A stretch of DNA of 64,000 nt, from positions 20,712,848 to 20,776,847 of the forward strand of contig CM120643.1 of NCBI GenBank assembly GCA_051362555.1, given 5' to 3'. This document shows, one piece after another, positions 13,246-26,064 of the stretch. The position numbers were made by a program, and so were the translations under genes. This DNA comes from Lingula anatina. Lineage: Eukaryota; Animalia; Brachiopoda. The notes below the pieces were generated by a model, which saw only the letters and a list, made by a program, of their open reading frames with translations, was not told where the DNA came from and ran no database searches. The number at the start of each line of letters is the position of its first letter. Within the stretch, counting starts at the first letter, position 1.

Positions 13246-16200
13246 CAGATCGCAATAGAATGTCTTTTAATTGATTTTGAAACCACCAAAAACATTTAAA
13301 CCTTTTAATAAGCGAACAATACATCGTTAGGCAGTTAGGCAGTTTAATCATTTTGGCTTACCAACTATGTAATGCTGCTAAGAGATACATCAGCATATTT
13401 CATAGTACAGTATCAATATCTTTATATTTGCCGTTCTATCTAGATGAAGCAGAACAAGAACCAAGTCTGCTGGCTCCTGAAGAAAGTCCGCGTGGATACA
13501 GTGCACAACCATGGCTACAAGACATTCCAAGAATTCTTAGACACACAGCAATATTCCAGAAACAAAATCCTCACGTATGAGAAGATATTCGGAAGGCATT
13601 TTATCAGTACAGGAGGCAAGGAAACAACTGAGGTAAGCCTGTTCAAAACATTATTTTACATTATTTTTTTTTAATAATCGCCAAATTGTAATGCGCGAAT
13701 ATTGTAGAATTATGGTGAAAGGTAGTCATTGACATTTAGTTTGAGTGTAAAATTCTATATCCTTAATGCTTTTTATATAAGACAAAAAAGTGTAAATACT
13801 GAACTATACAGTATCATCTTGATAATATAATGACTGATTTTGAAATTCTTTGGTCTGAAGCATAATATAGTTTGTTTAACACTGTTCGTTTTTATAATCA
13901 TGTGCATGCATGTGGAATTCTTTAAATACTTCCAGGAGTTTTGTAAAATGCTGGACCTCCAACCTGGTCAAAAAGTTCTAGATGTTGGATGTGGAATCGG
14001 CGGTGGCGCGTTCCACATGGCACAGGTGAGATACTGTACTGTTTCCCCCAAATATTTCTCCCAATATTATAAAATGTTATATTATATTATATTATATTAT
14101 ATTATATTATATTATATTATATTATATTATATTATATTATATTATATACGTTGAAGTGCAACATCAAATATTGTTAAACGGATACAATTGAATAAATTGA
14201 ACTATAAAGTCAGCACGTTTGGGCATGGGTATGACAGATAAAAATTATATGACGTCATTAATTGTTTTCAGAGATATGACGTCAGTGTTTTGGGAGTTGA
14301 TTTATCAGAGAATGCAGTCAGCATAGCGTGGGAAAGATGTCTGGAATTCATGGATTCAAGGGTTAGTACTTTTCAAGCTACAAATACAGTATGCGATCAT
14401 CAGTTTGTGTAAACCCAAAGAAGCATTATCTATTTTGTAACAAGGACACTACGCACTGAATTTTCTTTATTAACCACACAAATGTTGTAAAGTATTTTAT
14501 AAATTTTTTCAACAGTGTTCATTTTGATTTAATTAGGTCGAGTTTGAAGTGGCCGATGCCACCAAGAGAGACTACCCCGCCGAATCCTTTGACGTAGTCT
14601 ACAGTAGAGACACCATACTGCACATCGACGACAAGTTGGCGTTGTTTAAAAAATTCTACGTAAGATTTAAAGCAACATTTTATTTAAAAAAAACAAGTTA
14701 GCTTTATTGATGCAAAAGACCACTTTGAAAATAAGTGGACGGTTATCATCATTTTCATTTAAATGGTATTCATACTTACTTTTGCACTGTGAGACATGGT
14801 GATTGTGTTCTTCGTTTTACCGTTCACCATTCAAATTTTAACATATTATTTTAATTTAGTATTTATTTCCCAGATTAAAAGTAAAAACTAGCTGGTACGT
14901 TAATAAGGAACCTATAATGCATTCTTTTAAGTTGTAGATCTGTTACATCACAGCATAAGGAAGATGTCTCACTGACCTGACCTCAGGTTAAACATACAAA
15001 GTACTTGTTAGAGATCCAACATGTTATAAAAGGACACATTGCGCATCGATAGAATTCAATCGTAAAATTCGTTTTACTCCCTTGCTTCAATTAAAATGAT
15101 GTCGATTTCATTTCTGTCCAGAAATGGTTGAAACCCGGTGGAAAGCTGTTCATTACAGATTACTGCTGTAGCGACGGAGAACACTCCAACATGTTCAAAG
15201 ATTACGTGGAGCGACGAGGTTACATTTTGTATAGTCCGCCAAAATATGGAAAGGTGGGTCAGAAACGAAATTAACAGATAATGATGCATAACTATCACAT
15301 CATTATCTCCACTTTTACAAACGATTTTTTTATGCCTTTGCATATTATCACACGTTCGGTCGGCAAATATGAAATATAAAACAGCTAGGGTAAGTTTACT
15401 GTAACATTTAGGGCACAGGGCTGGAAAAAATGTTTGGTTTATCATGCTACAGTTGTATATTATTATTATTATAATTATTATTATTGTTATTATTATTATT
15501 TGAATGATTAGAGCGAAAAGGGGGGATACCAATGTTATTAATTCCCAATGTCCCCTCTGGGTCCGCCTGTTTTTTCCTTTTATTGCCATTGTTTTAAATG
15601 ATACCTTTGGCTAATGTCATGTACAGAACTTCAGTTCTTGTTAGTTATAATTTGTTATTGTTTTACTTTGTAGCCCTTTTATGAATGTTACATTTCTGTA
15701 TCCTCACAAAATGTCATAAGTGAAAGTTCTTTTTCATTTATTTAGATAATAGAATCCGCCGGTTTTGTGAACGTGAAAGCAGACGACCGCACCACGCAGT
15801 TCTCAAACATTCTTCACAGGGAACTGGGCAGGTTTGAGGGGATGAAGGAAGAGTTCCTTCAGGTTAGTTCATCAGGCGTTCATCTCCTTAGCAATTTTGT
15901 TAACGGGTTTGGATAAAGTATACCTTGGCAATAAGGTAAACCGTGAAAGGTGTTGAAATTCCCAAGAAAAATTTTTTTCTATGTCAAAGTCTGGCTCACA
16001 CTGTTGCCTTTAAAGTGTGTCCTCGAGTCACCAGCATAGAAGTCCCAGATTCTTACACTAATGTGATGCAGCTCACAGGCTTATTGGCTATACATTATCA
16101 GGGAGCTTGATATTTCCACACGGTGGAGATGTAATGTAACTGGCCCATGGGGTGTGGGCGAGGTTTGGTTATAACATATGTCCTGAAAAATATCTAAAAT

Positions 16201-16468
16201 ATGCCCTATTTCATTTAATATTCTGTTGCACACTTGCACTAAATGATAACGTTGTATTATTTAAACAGTTTAAAGAAAAAAAACACACAATTTTTGACCA
16301 ATGTGTTGATGCACCTGGTGGCTCATTTTTCTTCTTTTATTGCAGGAATTTACCGAGGCTGATTACGAGTACATAACAGACGATTGGAAAACAAAATTAA
16401 TACGCGTTAAGGAGGGTTCCGGTGAGCAGAGGTGGGGACTATTTTATGCGGAGAAGCCCAGGAGTTAA
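9108..16468 (+). CDS. PMT: Phosphoethanolamine N-methyltransferase (PEAMT), bipartite with two SAM-methyltransferase domains, ~503 aa
   Basis: 12 exons: 9108-9123, 11318-11498, 11716-11871, 12224-12360, 12773-12930, 13444-13632, 13936-14025, 14272-14361, 14537-14659, 15122-15253, 15746-15862, 16346-16468 (1512 nt, frame continuous). Motifs: [86 protein letters not shown] at 17028-17033. The 16-nt exon 1 is inferred from phase. Confidence 0.95.
13197..13242. repeat. (TA)n microsatellite in a PMT intron
   Basis: Directly visible. Confidence 0.9.
14078..14147. repeat. (TATAT)n pentanucleotide repeat in a PMT intron
   Basis: Directly visible. Confidence 0.9.
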
Positions 16469-17751
16469 TGACGTATCCCGGAACAATACTCTGACTTGCC
16501 ATTTTATACGTCCAAAAAACCTATCATAATTTAGCTTTTCAAACCTGTGGATGCAGGAACGGTAATACTTGGAGTAACTTAAGTATTCGAACCAGTTCTG
16601 CAGTCGTTTCAGGGACCTCTGTGCCCATGCCTTCACCATGACAAAGTGTTTTTTTGCAATTTTATCTTGATTTTAACTTAAACCTATATGTACAAGCCAT
16701 TGCTAAGTGTCAAATTCAATAATCTGCATTATGTTTTTGATTTAACCCTGATATTTTTATCTAGATATTCACCTTGCACCTGCTGGTAGTGATACGTAGT
16801 ATTATATGCTTTTTCATGACACATAACTTGAATCAACGTGTGGCCGTACATTTCACATAAGATGCCATTATATATGTGATAAAACATTGTAGATATACCT
16901 GTGTCGATTGTGCTTTTTGTTCCATTTGTACTAGTACACACGTGATTGTGGCAACGTGGAATGCGACAAAACTATGAGAATATTTTGATATGAATTTATT
17001 GTTTAAAAGAAATATATTTTGAATGTGAATAAAACACAAATGCTAAAGAACTGAAACTTGTTTTCCCTTGTCGCAGACAGAATTTAGATGTAATTATTCA
17101 CAACGAGTTGCCCTGATCGCGGCACCGATTACCTCGATCCCATCGAGGCCAAGAACTCTTTGACATTTATGTGTCTTATATTTTAAGTAAAACAATCAAC
17201 ATTTCAAACAGTGGAACATGGTACCATGTACATGTTTCTATAATTTCTTTGACACCCTTCATATATGTTAGAACCCCAGCTAAAAAGCGACCAAATTAGC
17301 ATAACTTTGTTGGAGATTTTCTGAAATGCCATGCAAAATATTTTTGTACAGATCATATTGTCTATGCGTATGTGTGCGGTGCGTCAGACAGAAATTTGAT
17401 TGGCAGACTGTCTTTATTAACAGACTTCACGTATATTATATTATTATAGAAGCAATAAACGTGTCTTTCAAAAATCCATAACAGACACGCATTTATCCTT
17501 TAATGATTAAAAAATGGCAATGGCGCAGCCTCTGCTTCGCAGCCTCGTACTGGTCCAACTATCCCCAAGTCACGAATTGACTGATATCACGTTAGAGACT
17601 TACTGAGACACGTTGAAGTAAGGACAGGTGTTAGTCACAGGTGTACAACGGCAGCACTGCACGACAACCGTTACCCGAGCAACAACTGTACTAATTACTT
17701 GTTTGAAATCAACTCGGTTTCACAGAGTGTGGTAATTGTCATCTAGGAACA

Positions 17752-20704
17752 ATGGCTTTATGTTTGGTGTTGGGTTTGGTTTTGGCCGGATTGGCATCCG
17801 GGCAAGATTCTCAGTTCGCCGGATGGTCACAGACTGACCTTGATGCGTACTGCATCCGGTTGACTGAAGTGGACCTGATTCGAAACCAGCTTGAGACGAC
17901 AATGGCTGAACTTACAACATACAGAAACAAATACCAGAAAGCCGCCGCTATTGTTCGCCAAAGTACGTGGCAATTTTCATCGAACATTTGTGCTAGGTGA
18001 TTCAGTTATACAAAAATAAATAATAGATTGTTACCGTTTCAGCACGATTCCATCCACCATTCTGTTCGTTTAGATTTACATCAATTTAAAACACGTTTAG
18101 AAATCAACCTACATAGAAAATAGTTAAAATGCAAATGAATAAAAAATGAAAAAGAATCAACTCTGCGCCAAAAATAAAGGCTCTCACTAATTTGTAAAAC
18201 CAGTTTTTCTTCCAGTCCTATAAAATAATGGGCAATTATGTTATTACTTATAAAAAAATATTGGCATGTTATGATTCATATGGTATGTGTAGGCTGTTTC
18301 AATGATACATGAACTGTCCCTTTGAAGAGTTCTTGCATTTACAGGGTCTAGCTACCGTTTTCCTAGACCTCAGTCGACCTCGGGACGGTTACTTTTTAGA
18401 GCAAAACACGATACCCCTCTAACGTCTTTGACCGCCTGTGCATGGATGAAGACCGACTTTAAATGCGCTCCTAACTGTCACCTACTAACTGTGTTCTCGT
18501 ACGCCCACAAAGCAAATTTCAACGGCTTCATCTTCGCATTCGATGGAAGCAGCTTTCAATTGCACGTTGAGAGTCAGGTGACGGTTTTCGGGAGAGGTAA
18601 AGTGTCTGGATTTCTGGATAACCAATGGCACCACCACTGCTTCAGTTGGAGCAACGCTGCAGGAAGTTGGAGATACACACACTGGACAAAAGAAGTGTCA
18701 CCCCCTAACTCAGAGTAATAAAAGTAGGCAGACCTTGGGTACTTATGATGCCTGGTCTACTCATAATGTGACTAATGAGTATAAAACCGCTATACCATGG
18801 AATTGTATTGTTGGTCTTGTACATGTACAGCAAATGTTATTCCTGTCTTCCTCCAATATGGCAAGATACAGGTAATTATCTAACAGTTATAGGTGCAAGT
18901 TATTAACCTGAAGAGGCGGAATATAAGCAATGTCAGAATATCGATACAATTGAATTGTTCAGTCAGAATCGTGCAGAGGGTCTGGTCTCGGTATAGAAAC
19001 ACTGGATCAAGAGACAAATTGCCTCTGATGGGTCGTCCAAGAAAAAATACTGGCCGTGAAGACCGACGACTGATTTTGATGTCCAGGTTGTTAAAGTTCG
19101 ACACTGCTTGTCAGTTGACAACACAGTGGAACAATTTCACACATAAGAATGTGTCTGTGAAAATTGCTAGGCGTCGGTTACATGCTCAGAGAGTGTACAG
19201 CAGGGTAGCAAGACTGAAACCTCTTATATCGTTACAAAACAGGCAACGTAGAGTAAACTAGGGTCAACAGGATCTGGAACTGGACAGTTCATGACAATTG
19301 GTCCTGTATACTTTTTCTGATGAGTGTCGCTTTGGTCTGACCTCTGATGACAGACGGGTACTATGCTGAAAAACTCCTGGTAAGGCATTTGAACCACATG
19401 CACTGAATTTTCGAACCCGGAGCAGCATATTCATCATGTTGTGGGGCTGCATCAGCATCCATTGCTTGGGCGAATTGATAGTGGTTAATGGAAACATGAA
19501 TCACTAGAAATATATCGATGTTTTGGAGTCAGGCTTGCTACAATCTATTACTAACATGTTTGGTGACAGGAATTATCCATTTGTTCACCAGGATGACAAT
19601 GCTCTTTGTCACAGGCCCAGAGCAGTTGATGATTGGTTTGACCAACAGGACATTCGCAGGGTGATGTGGCCTGCCTAGAGTCCGGATGCAGACATAATAG
19701 AAAATGTGTGGAATGATATGTCAAAACTTTTTACAAATGTCCGTCTAACCAGCAGAGAAACTCTGTTATATTCAGTGTTTCATGCTTGGGCCAGCATACG
19801 CCCTGAACGCATCAGACAATTATATGAATCCTTGCTTCGTAGACTGGTACCTATTATAAGGTCACGTGGCTATGCCACTAAGTACTAATTTTGGACTTGA
19901 AACTGCATATTTTGGTAGAATGTGTATTTTGTTCTCATTTTGTGATTTTTTGTGAAATTTGATGTTAATAAAATGATACCAGGAGCATATCATTCCACAG
20001 TCATTTATCTCCCCCATAGTATTGGCTCAGTAGGGGTGACACTTCTTTTGTCCAGTGTGTGTACGTCCGCGATGGGGCTTTGGTGGCAAATGGGACAGAT
20101 CCAAGAACCAAAGGACGCATTATATCGGCAGGTGCGTTTAGCTGACTTTTGTATCTACATGTATTATTTATCCACTTACGGATCCAGAGTTTTGTTTTTA
20201 CTAGGGGGGGGGGGGGGGGGAGAAAGAAGAGTGGAGGAAGAGTGAGGTAAACAGTAAAGCTATAACATGTAAGGTAAAGGAATGAGAAATTGTACTGATT
20301 GTTTGACCGTTTTGTCCCCTTTCGCTTGTTAAGTCATTTAGGAGAGAATGATGGGATATGGAAGTTCAAATCTAAAGCACATAGTGCAAAATCCGTATTT
20401 CTGCCAGCCTACTTTATTTCAAAAAATGATCAAGTAAAATGTTCCAGGTGGCATTTGGAGCGTTGGACAAGAACAAGACAGCGTTGGGGGCGGTTTTGAA
20501 ACCACACAGGCATTTGTTGGCGACATCACACAGGTGCACGTTTGGGACACAGATAAAGTACAGCCGGCAGAGGTCGCTAAATGTGGAAGTGACCTGAAAG
20601 GAAATATAATAAGTTGGGGACAGGATCCTCTCGAAGAGAACAACTTGGCATCCTACCCGAACATCGACCCTTCTTGTGCGAAAGCGTCCTGTAAGGATAA
20701 CTAG
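17752..20704 (+). CDS. Secreted pentraxin with short N-terminal coiled coil (neuronal pentraxin/CRP-like, ~288 aa when reconstructed); exon 2 is interrupted by a Tc1 insertion in this sequence
   Basis: Exons 17752-17962 (signal peptide MALCLVLGLVLAGLASG plus heptad-like segment), 18345-18675 joined to 20064-20131 after removing the element, and 20448-20704. Pentraxin motifs: LTACAWMK, FSYA, WHHHCFSWSN, YVRDG, VGQEQDSVGGGFETTQAFVGDITQVHVWD, GNIISW. AATAAA at 20764-20769. Confidence 0.9.
18676..20061 (+). mobile_element. Tc1-family (IS630-Tc1-mariner, DD34E) DNA transposon, 1386 bp, with defective transposase
   Basis: Perfect 29-bp TIRs CACACACTGGACAAAAGAAGTGTCACCCC (18676-18704 and 20033-20061), with TA at 18674-18675 and 20062-20063. 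Transposase remnant spans ~18858-19888: GRPRK, ARLKPLIS, FSDECRF, MLWGCI, QDDNA-x-WPA*SPDADIIENVW (34 residues between D and E), RGYATKY. It has several stops and frameshifts. Confidence 0.97.
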
Positions 20705-22279
20705 CAGGCAGTCTACTAAAATATTGATGATGCCATTTTATATGGCCTTGCTTGCTGTGTTACAATAAAATGCACTGCGTCTCAGATTTAGTTATTTAAT
20801 GTCACCGTAATTGCCACACTAAAGGTAGAAAGACACTGTCTTCTCGAAGGATTAATGAGGAAGAAGCTTTGTTTCAAACATATCAATGTAATGTCAATGA
20901 AAATACCTGAAAATTTAAAGTGTGTAACATTTCATTCTTCGGTTGCGGTAGGTGAGATTTGCTGTCTTGTTTAGTTGCATTGATGTCACACCCGGATGTG
21001 TTTCCATGGGAAAACGGAAGAATGTGACAGAGGAGCTGCGAAGTGTGTTGCAGATCGTGTTCTTATCCCATCATTATGTTTTACTTACCTTCTCACGCCT
21101 TTTTGCTGATACAACTATCTAACCATTCATATTCTATTTAACTATTCATAATACCAGTGAACAAATTAAGTAAATTAAAAATTAAGTGTGGCGGTGCGTG
21201 CGTAATCCATAGTAGACAAACTTTAACAAATGAACCTTCTGTTTTAAAACACATTTTAATCTAGAAACTTACTACAACTGCTACCTAATTTAGACTAAAA
21301 CATTTGCTCTTTTATCATATAAATAAACTATACTAAATGATTAAACCAGCAAAAAATTCCTATTGTCTAGACGTGGCATGGAACGGGTCATCGTTCTTGC
21401 AAAAAAAAAAAAAAAAAAAAAAAATTCAATAGCGTTTTATTGTCCTTACAGAGCACGTTTCGCTTGGACAGTTTACTGTTAGATAATCGGGCAAATCGAT
21501 TTATTCCATGGTCACTTTTGAAGGGCAATTAATGTCGGAGTGAATCATTTCAAGTTGAACTAATCGTTTCGTACTCTTCGTCGTATCCGCCTTAGCTTTG
21601 CACTCTTGCCTGGGTTTGACTTAATTACTGGTAGCTTTCGTATCAGTGAGCAGTGAGATGCCGTTATACGCGATCATTCAAAACAAATCTGTTGGTGCTT
21701 TGAAAAACGCTATATAACACGAGTCTTAATTTTTTTAAATTTTTTATGTATTAAATTATCTAGAACATTGGGATGAACGTGCTTTCCGTCACCTCATCCA
21801 AACCTTATTCACACTGTCAAAATAAAATGCAAATAAACAAGCTCATTTGTACAGGAATACTTATATAATAGCATTTTTTCACACACAGAGAAATAAAAAG
21901 GCCTAATTAACGAGAGGCAGAAGATAACAGAAAATTACTACTGTTGACCTCAATAATGGCATGCCTCTACATGTACCAAAGACTGATTCGAAACATTTAA
22001 ATAGCCAGGTTAACAAGAAAGAGGAAAATACATGACAATGCCTTTTTATTATCAATTTTCTTTTTATGTGTAATATCCACCAGTCCCTGTTGTCTTACAT
22101 TATATTAATGGAGCAGTTTAACATAGAAAATAATCACATGTTCTTCGTAGTGAATCTCAATGTCAACAGCGGAATCTGTAATAGGTGGGTGTCAATGCCC
22201 GGAAAAGTGCTTTATGTAAGAAGTTTTGAGTCCCTTCTAAACACATTCCCAAATCATATACCAGTTGAAAACTCATAAT

Positions 22280-22860
22280 CTGACAGTCAGAGTTAGCCAT
22301 GATTTTAAAATGGCAGGTGACCTCATAACTGTGGAATCGGACATACTATAAGGTAAATGCTGTGAATGCTGCACCTTCTTTAAAGATATGAATAATAGTT
22401 AAAAGTAAACCAGTAATCTATGTATGGTGTGATCTTTTCATATTTTGTGATAAAGAAGATAATGGGCTTCAAATCCATATTTGAATTTCAAGAAGGCGGC
22501 GATTTAAAGATGTCCGCCATTGTTCATGAAAAATTGGTATAAAAATTTTATTTTATTCATATCTTAGAATTATACAAGCATTACATTATACAAGGTATAC
22601 AAAGTTTCCATACATTATACAAAGTAGGCACTAATATCTCTAATTTGGCATTTGGTCAAATTTTGAGTATGTAAATGCAGTCAATTTTCATATATTCAAC
22701 AAGGCCATCTTGAAATGCTAATATTTATAATGTGGAGTTTTGTTCACCCAATTGGCCATTAAAATTATTTTTCATACAAAATTTACATGAATAATTGTTC
22801 AATAAGTACCTTTCGACTTGGTTCTTCTTTCAGACATTTCAAATGGCCGCCATTTTTTAT
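22280..22860. mobile_element. Possible decayed non-autonomous DNA element remnant
   Basis: Repeated AAAATGGC / GCCATCTTG / ATGGCCGCCATTTT words of the kind seen in abundant invertebrate non-autonomous repeats. No termini or TSD were identified, so boundaries are approximate. Confidence 0.3.
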
Positions 22861-25274
22861 GGAATGTATTGTCCTATCAAAAACTACTTCGTGTATACAT
22901 GTATACATGTTATACATTAGTTTCGGAGACATGTGGTGGCCTAATATTGCAGTGACTGAAAAATAATTGAAAGATGTTGGCTTACATTAATTTCTTTCTA
23001 ATAATTGACATTTATGAATATTTTAATATCAAATTTTGGTATAAAAATATACACCTTAACTTAATTTTGCTCCATTATGACTACGTGTGTTAACAAAAAC
23101 ATATAACATAGAAATAGCCATCTCCCTTAAACCAGGTCCACCTACCCATATCGACATTGGCTACATTGTGCATTTGTTCATTAATAAATCTTTTGCATAA
23201 AATTGCCTGTGACCGGTCTGTATGCCGAAGACCGATATCTTCTGCTGTCCATGTATGGGGAATTACCTCAAAAAAGCAAGAATAATGTAACTTTTAGTGT
23301 TTCAAATTATTTATATGCCATTTTTGGTTCTAGCTTCCTTGTTGGGAAAATAATTATATACTTGAATTTCGTTATATGCTGACTTTTTGTTATTCGTTAA
23401 GAAAACCGATTTATGAAACGAGTTTCTTAAGCCGTTTTGTACTTTTTCAGATTCATTCACAAATCAAGGTGGTAGCCGAGCGTAATTTGAAATTGTCAAA
23501 TCAAATACATGCTATAATACAAAGCACCAATCTAATTTTAAAATACTGTTGTATCAGAAATAGATTTTGCAGATTTCGAGTGGACTAAAACTATCATGGC
23601 AACCACGTTTCCTAAAAAGGTGGTTAACATGTGTCATTAGTTTGCGAGATATATTTTTTCATTTTTCTCCTGATGCACTGTACAGTTTTTATATTGCTAT
23701 GTACTGAAACATATGTGCTAACACTAATGATGTGAAAGCCGGTCATGTTATGCAATTTTCCTGTCTGTCAGCTAGGGGACCTGTTGACAGGCCAATTACT
23801 GGAAGCCGGCAATCACCTGATCTTTGACAGGTAAATAGTTGTGTAAGTCCATATTTCATTTTTATGTTTATTTTGCCATGACATCTTGTCACTGCTCATT
23901 ACAACAATGCCTACATGGCTGCCGCAGCCTCCGATGCCCTGGCTTAGAACAGACAAAGGACAGAAAGGTGTGATCAGTTATATATAGCTACTTTATCTGC
24001 CCTTTGGAAAATCCATAGGTAGAACCTCATATTTTGGGCTCGAGCCTTTATAATTTCTATAACGCTTTCTATAAGCATTAGTATTTTAATTTAAAAATGT
24101 CAATTATTAGAAAAACAGACATTAAAGGACATACCCTATGGTTGGTCTTCTCAATTAAGTAGATATAAGATTTTGCCCGTTTCCATGGTAACGTGACCAC
24201 TTGGCAATGCTACATCATCTTCGAGGAGCAGATTCTGAGTTTTCAAATGATATATAATGTATGACTGTGTATGAAGGGAGACTAAATCTGCACATCTTTG
24301 CCATGTGCCGCTCACGAGGTAAAAAGGATGCGCGGCAAATGTCCTTTCCTCGTTGAACTATCAACACAAAAAATGCGTATCTCAAAGCATACCTTGATTG
24401 ACAGAATCATTCTACTTATGTTATTAAAATAATATAATATTTTTCTCGAACTTGTTCATACAATTCGCGTTTGAAAATATCCAAAAACCGTACTTTCTAT
24501 GTCTACAAACCCTGCCTTGCTATACTTGTCCTTCCTGATTTATACCATAAAAACAATAAGTCCCCTCAATTAAAAAGTACCTGATGTCGACATTTTCTTC
24601 CCAAACAACAGGAAGACACGGGGAAACATTTTGAACTAAATTTTTAATAAGAATAGTATTCAAGTCCTAGCGCAGGGACGGGTCGGGTAATGGTTATCGA
24701 ATAAGAATTTTTCTCATTTGTCAAGGGTAATTCGCTTTAGTGGGAATATTCTTGATATGATATCTTTGACATTGTGCACGAACCACATATTTTCAAATGA
24801 CAAATAAACAACAATATTTCAGTTAAAGTTCGATGACGTTTTAAAAGTATCATCTTTTATTTGGGCTAGTGTACAGACAAAAAGTGCTGTAATACAAAGA
24901 GTGCCAATGTGAATTTCTACTGCCTGCGAGAAGCACCATACTGTTGCAGCGTACCCTGTTCTTACCTATAAATAGAACCAACATCTTCAATTTTGTGTTC
25001 CTTGTAGTGTGTTTTTTTTTCTAATTCGGTGTGAAGTATACTTATTGGCCACTGGTAAACTGAAAAAAAAATTGTTCTTCGTGGAAAGTTCATGCACAGC
25101 TTTATCTAAAAAAATGGATGCTTACATAAAAGTCCCTGTCACATCCCTGTTCATCAGTTGAAGGATCTGAAATTACCAAAGACGTAGTCATTATATCAAT
25201 AATCAATAAGAAAACCAATGTAAATGTAATATACCATGCTAATCAGCCTTCTTTTTTAACATGTATATTACAGA

Positions 25275-25277
<3 letters not shown>

Positions 25278-25324
<47 letters not shown>
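25278..25324. repeat. (GA)n microsatellite
   Basis: Directly visible. A (CT)n tract follows at ~26029-26060. Confidence 0.9.
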
Positions 25325-25329
<5 letters not shown>

Positions 25330-26025
25330 CAGATCTCTTCTGTCATAATGCCTCTTCACAGGAACACGCTCTCTATTGCTGTATAATGCCAGGGCCACCT
25401 CCAGGTAATGCTGACATTTTACGGAGGAAGTTTGAAAATTTTATAATCAGGCGTGAATGTCATATCAGTAATGAACCGTGTTGTCATTTTAGAAAGGAAG
25501 TGAAAATTATTGATTGTTCTTTTACGCCTTACAAGGGAGTGCAGGATCGTCCCTTGTACAGCACACTGAACCGCGCGGAGTGGCCCTCAAGGGGAGCGCA
25601 TCAAACCGGAGGTGCAAAGAGAGAGAATATTTCCCCGCCACCAAGGACGAGCTGTCAGAAACAAGAAACCGACAGATTTGATAAGGGAATAAATAAGACT
25701 TAACAGGAGAAATGAAATCCTATTAGATATGTTATTACAATGAAGGATAATTCAATTCAAGGCGAGGACTATGTATTGAAGTCTGGAACCGTAATCTTGA
25801 TAATTGTTTTAAAGCACAACCAGGAATTTTCATCTTCCAAGCAGAGATGTGTAATGACATTTGGGATGCTATTTAACCGGGCCTTTTTTTGCTTTTAATC
25901 TCTCCACGGTGATCAGCTGTCAAAATGCCGCGTTTTTGGAGGTGTAGGGGATTTAATTTTCAGAGTTTGACGAACGCTGAACATGGTACAGAGAATTCTC
26001 CCCTGTTTCCCTTTACCCTCTTTCT

Positions 26026-26064
<39 letters not shown>

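Noticed and set aside
15074-15589. 171-aa minus ORF, the longest unexplained ORF
   Set aside because: Antisense to a PMT exon and intron and runs through an (ATA)n tract giving poly-Ile; no domain.
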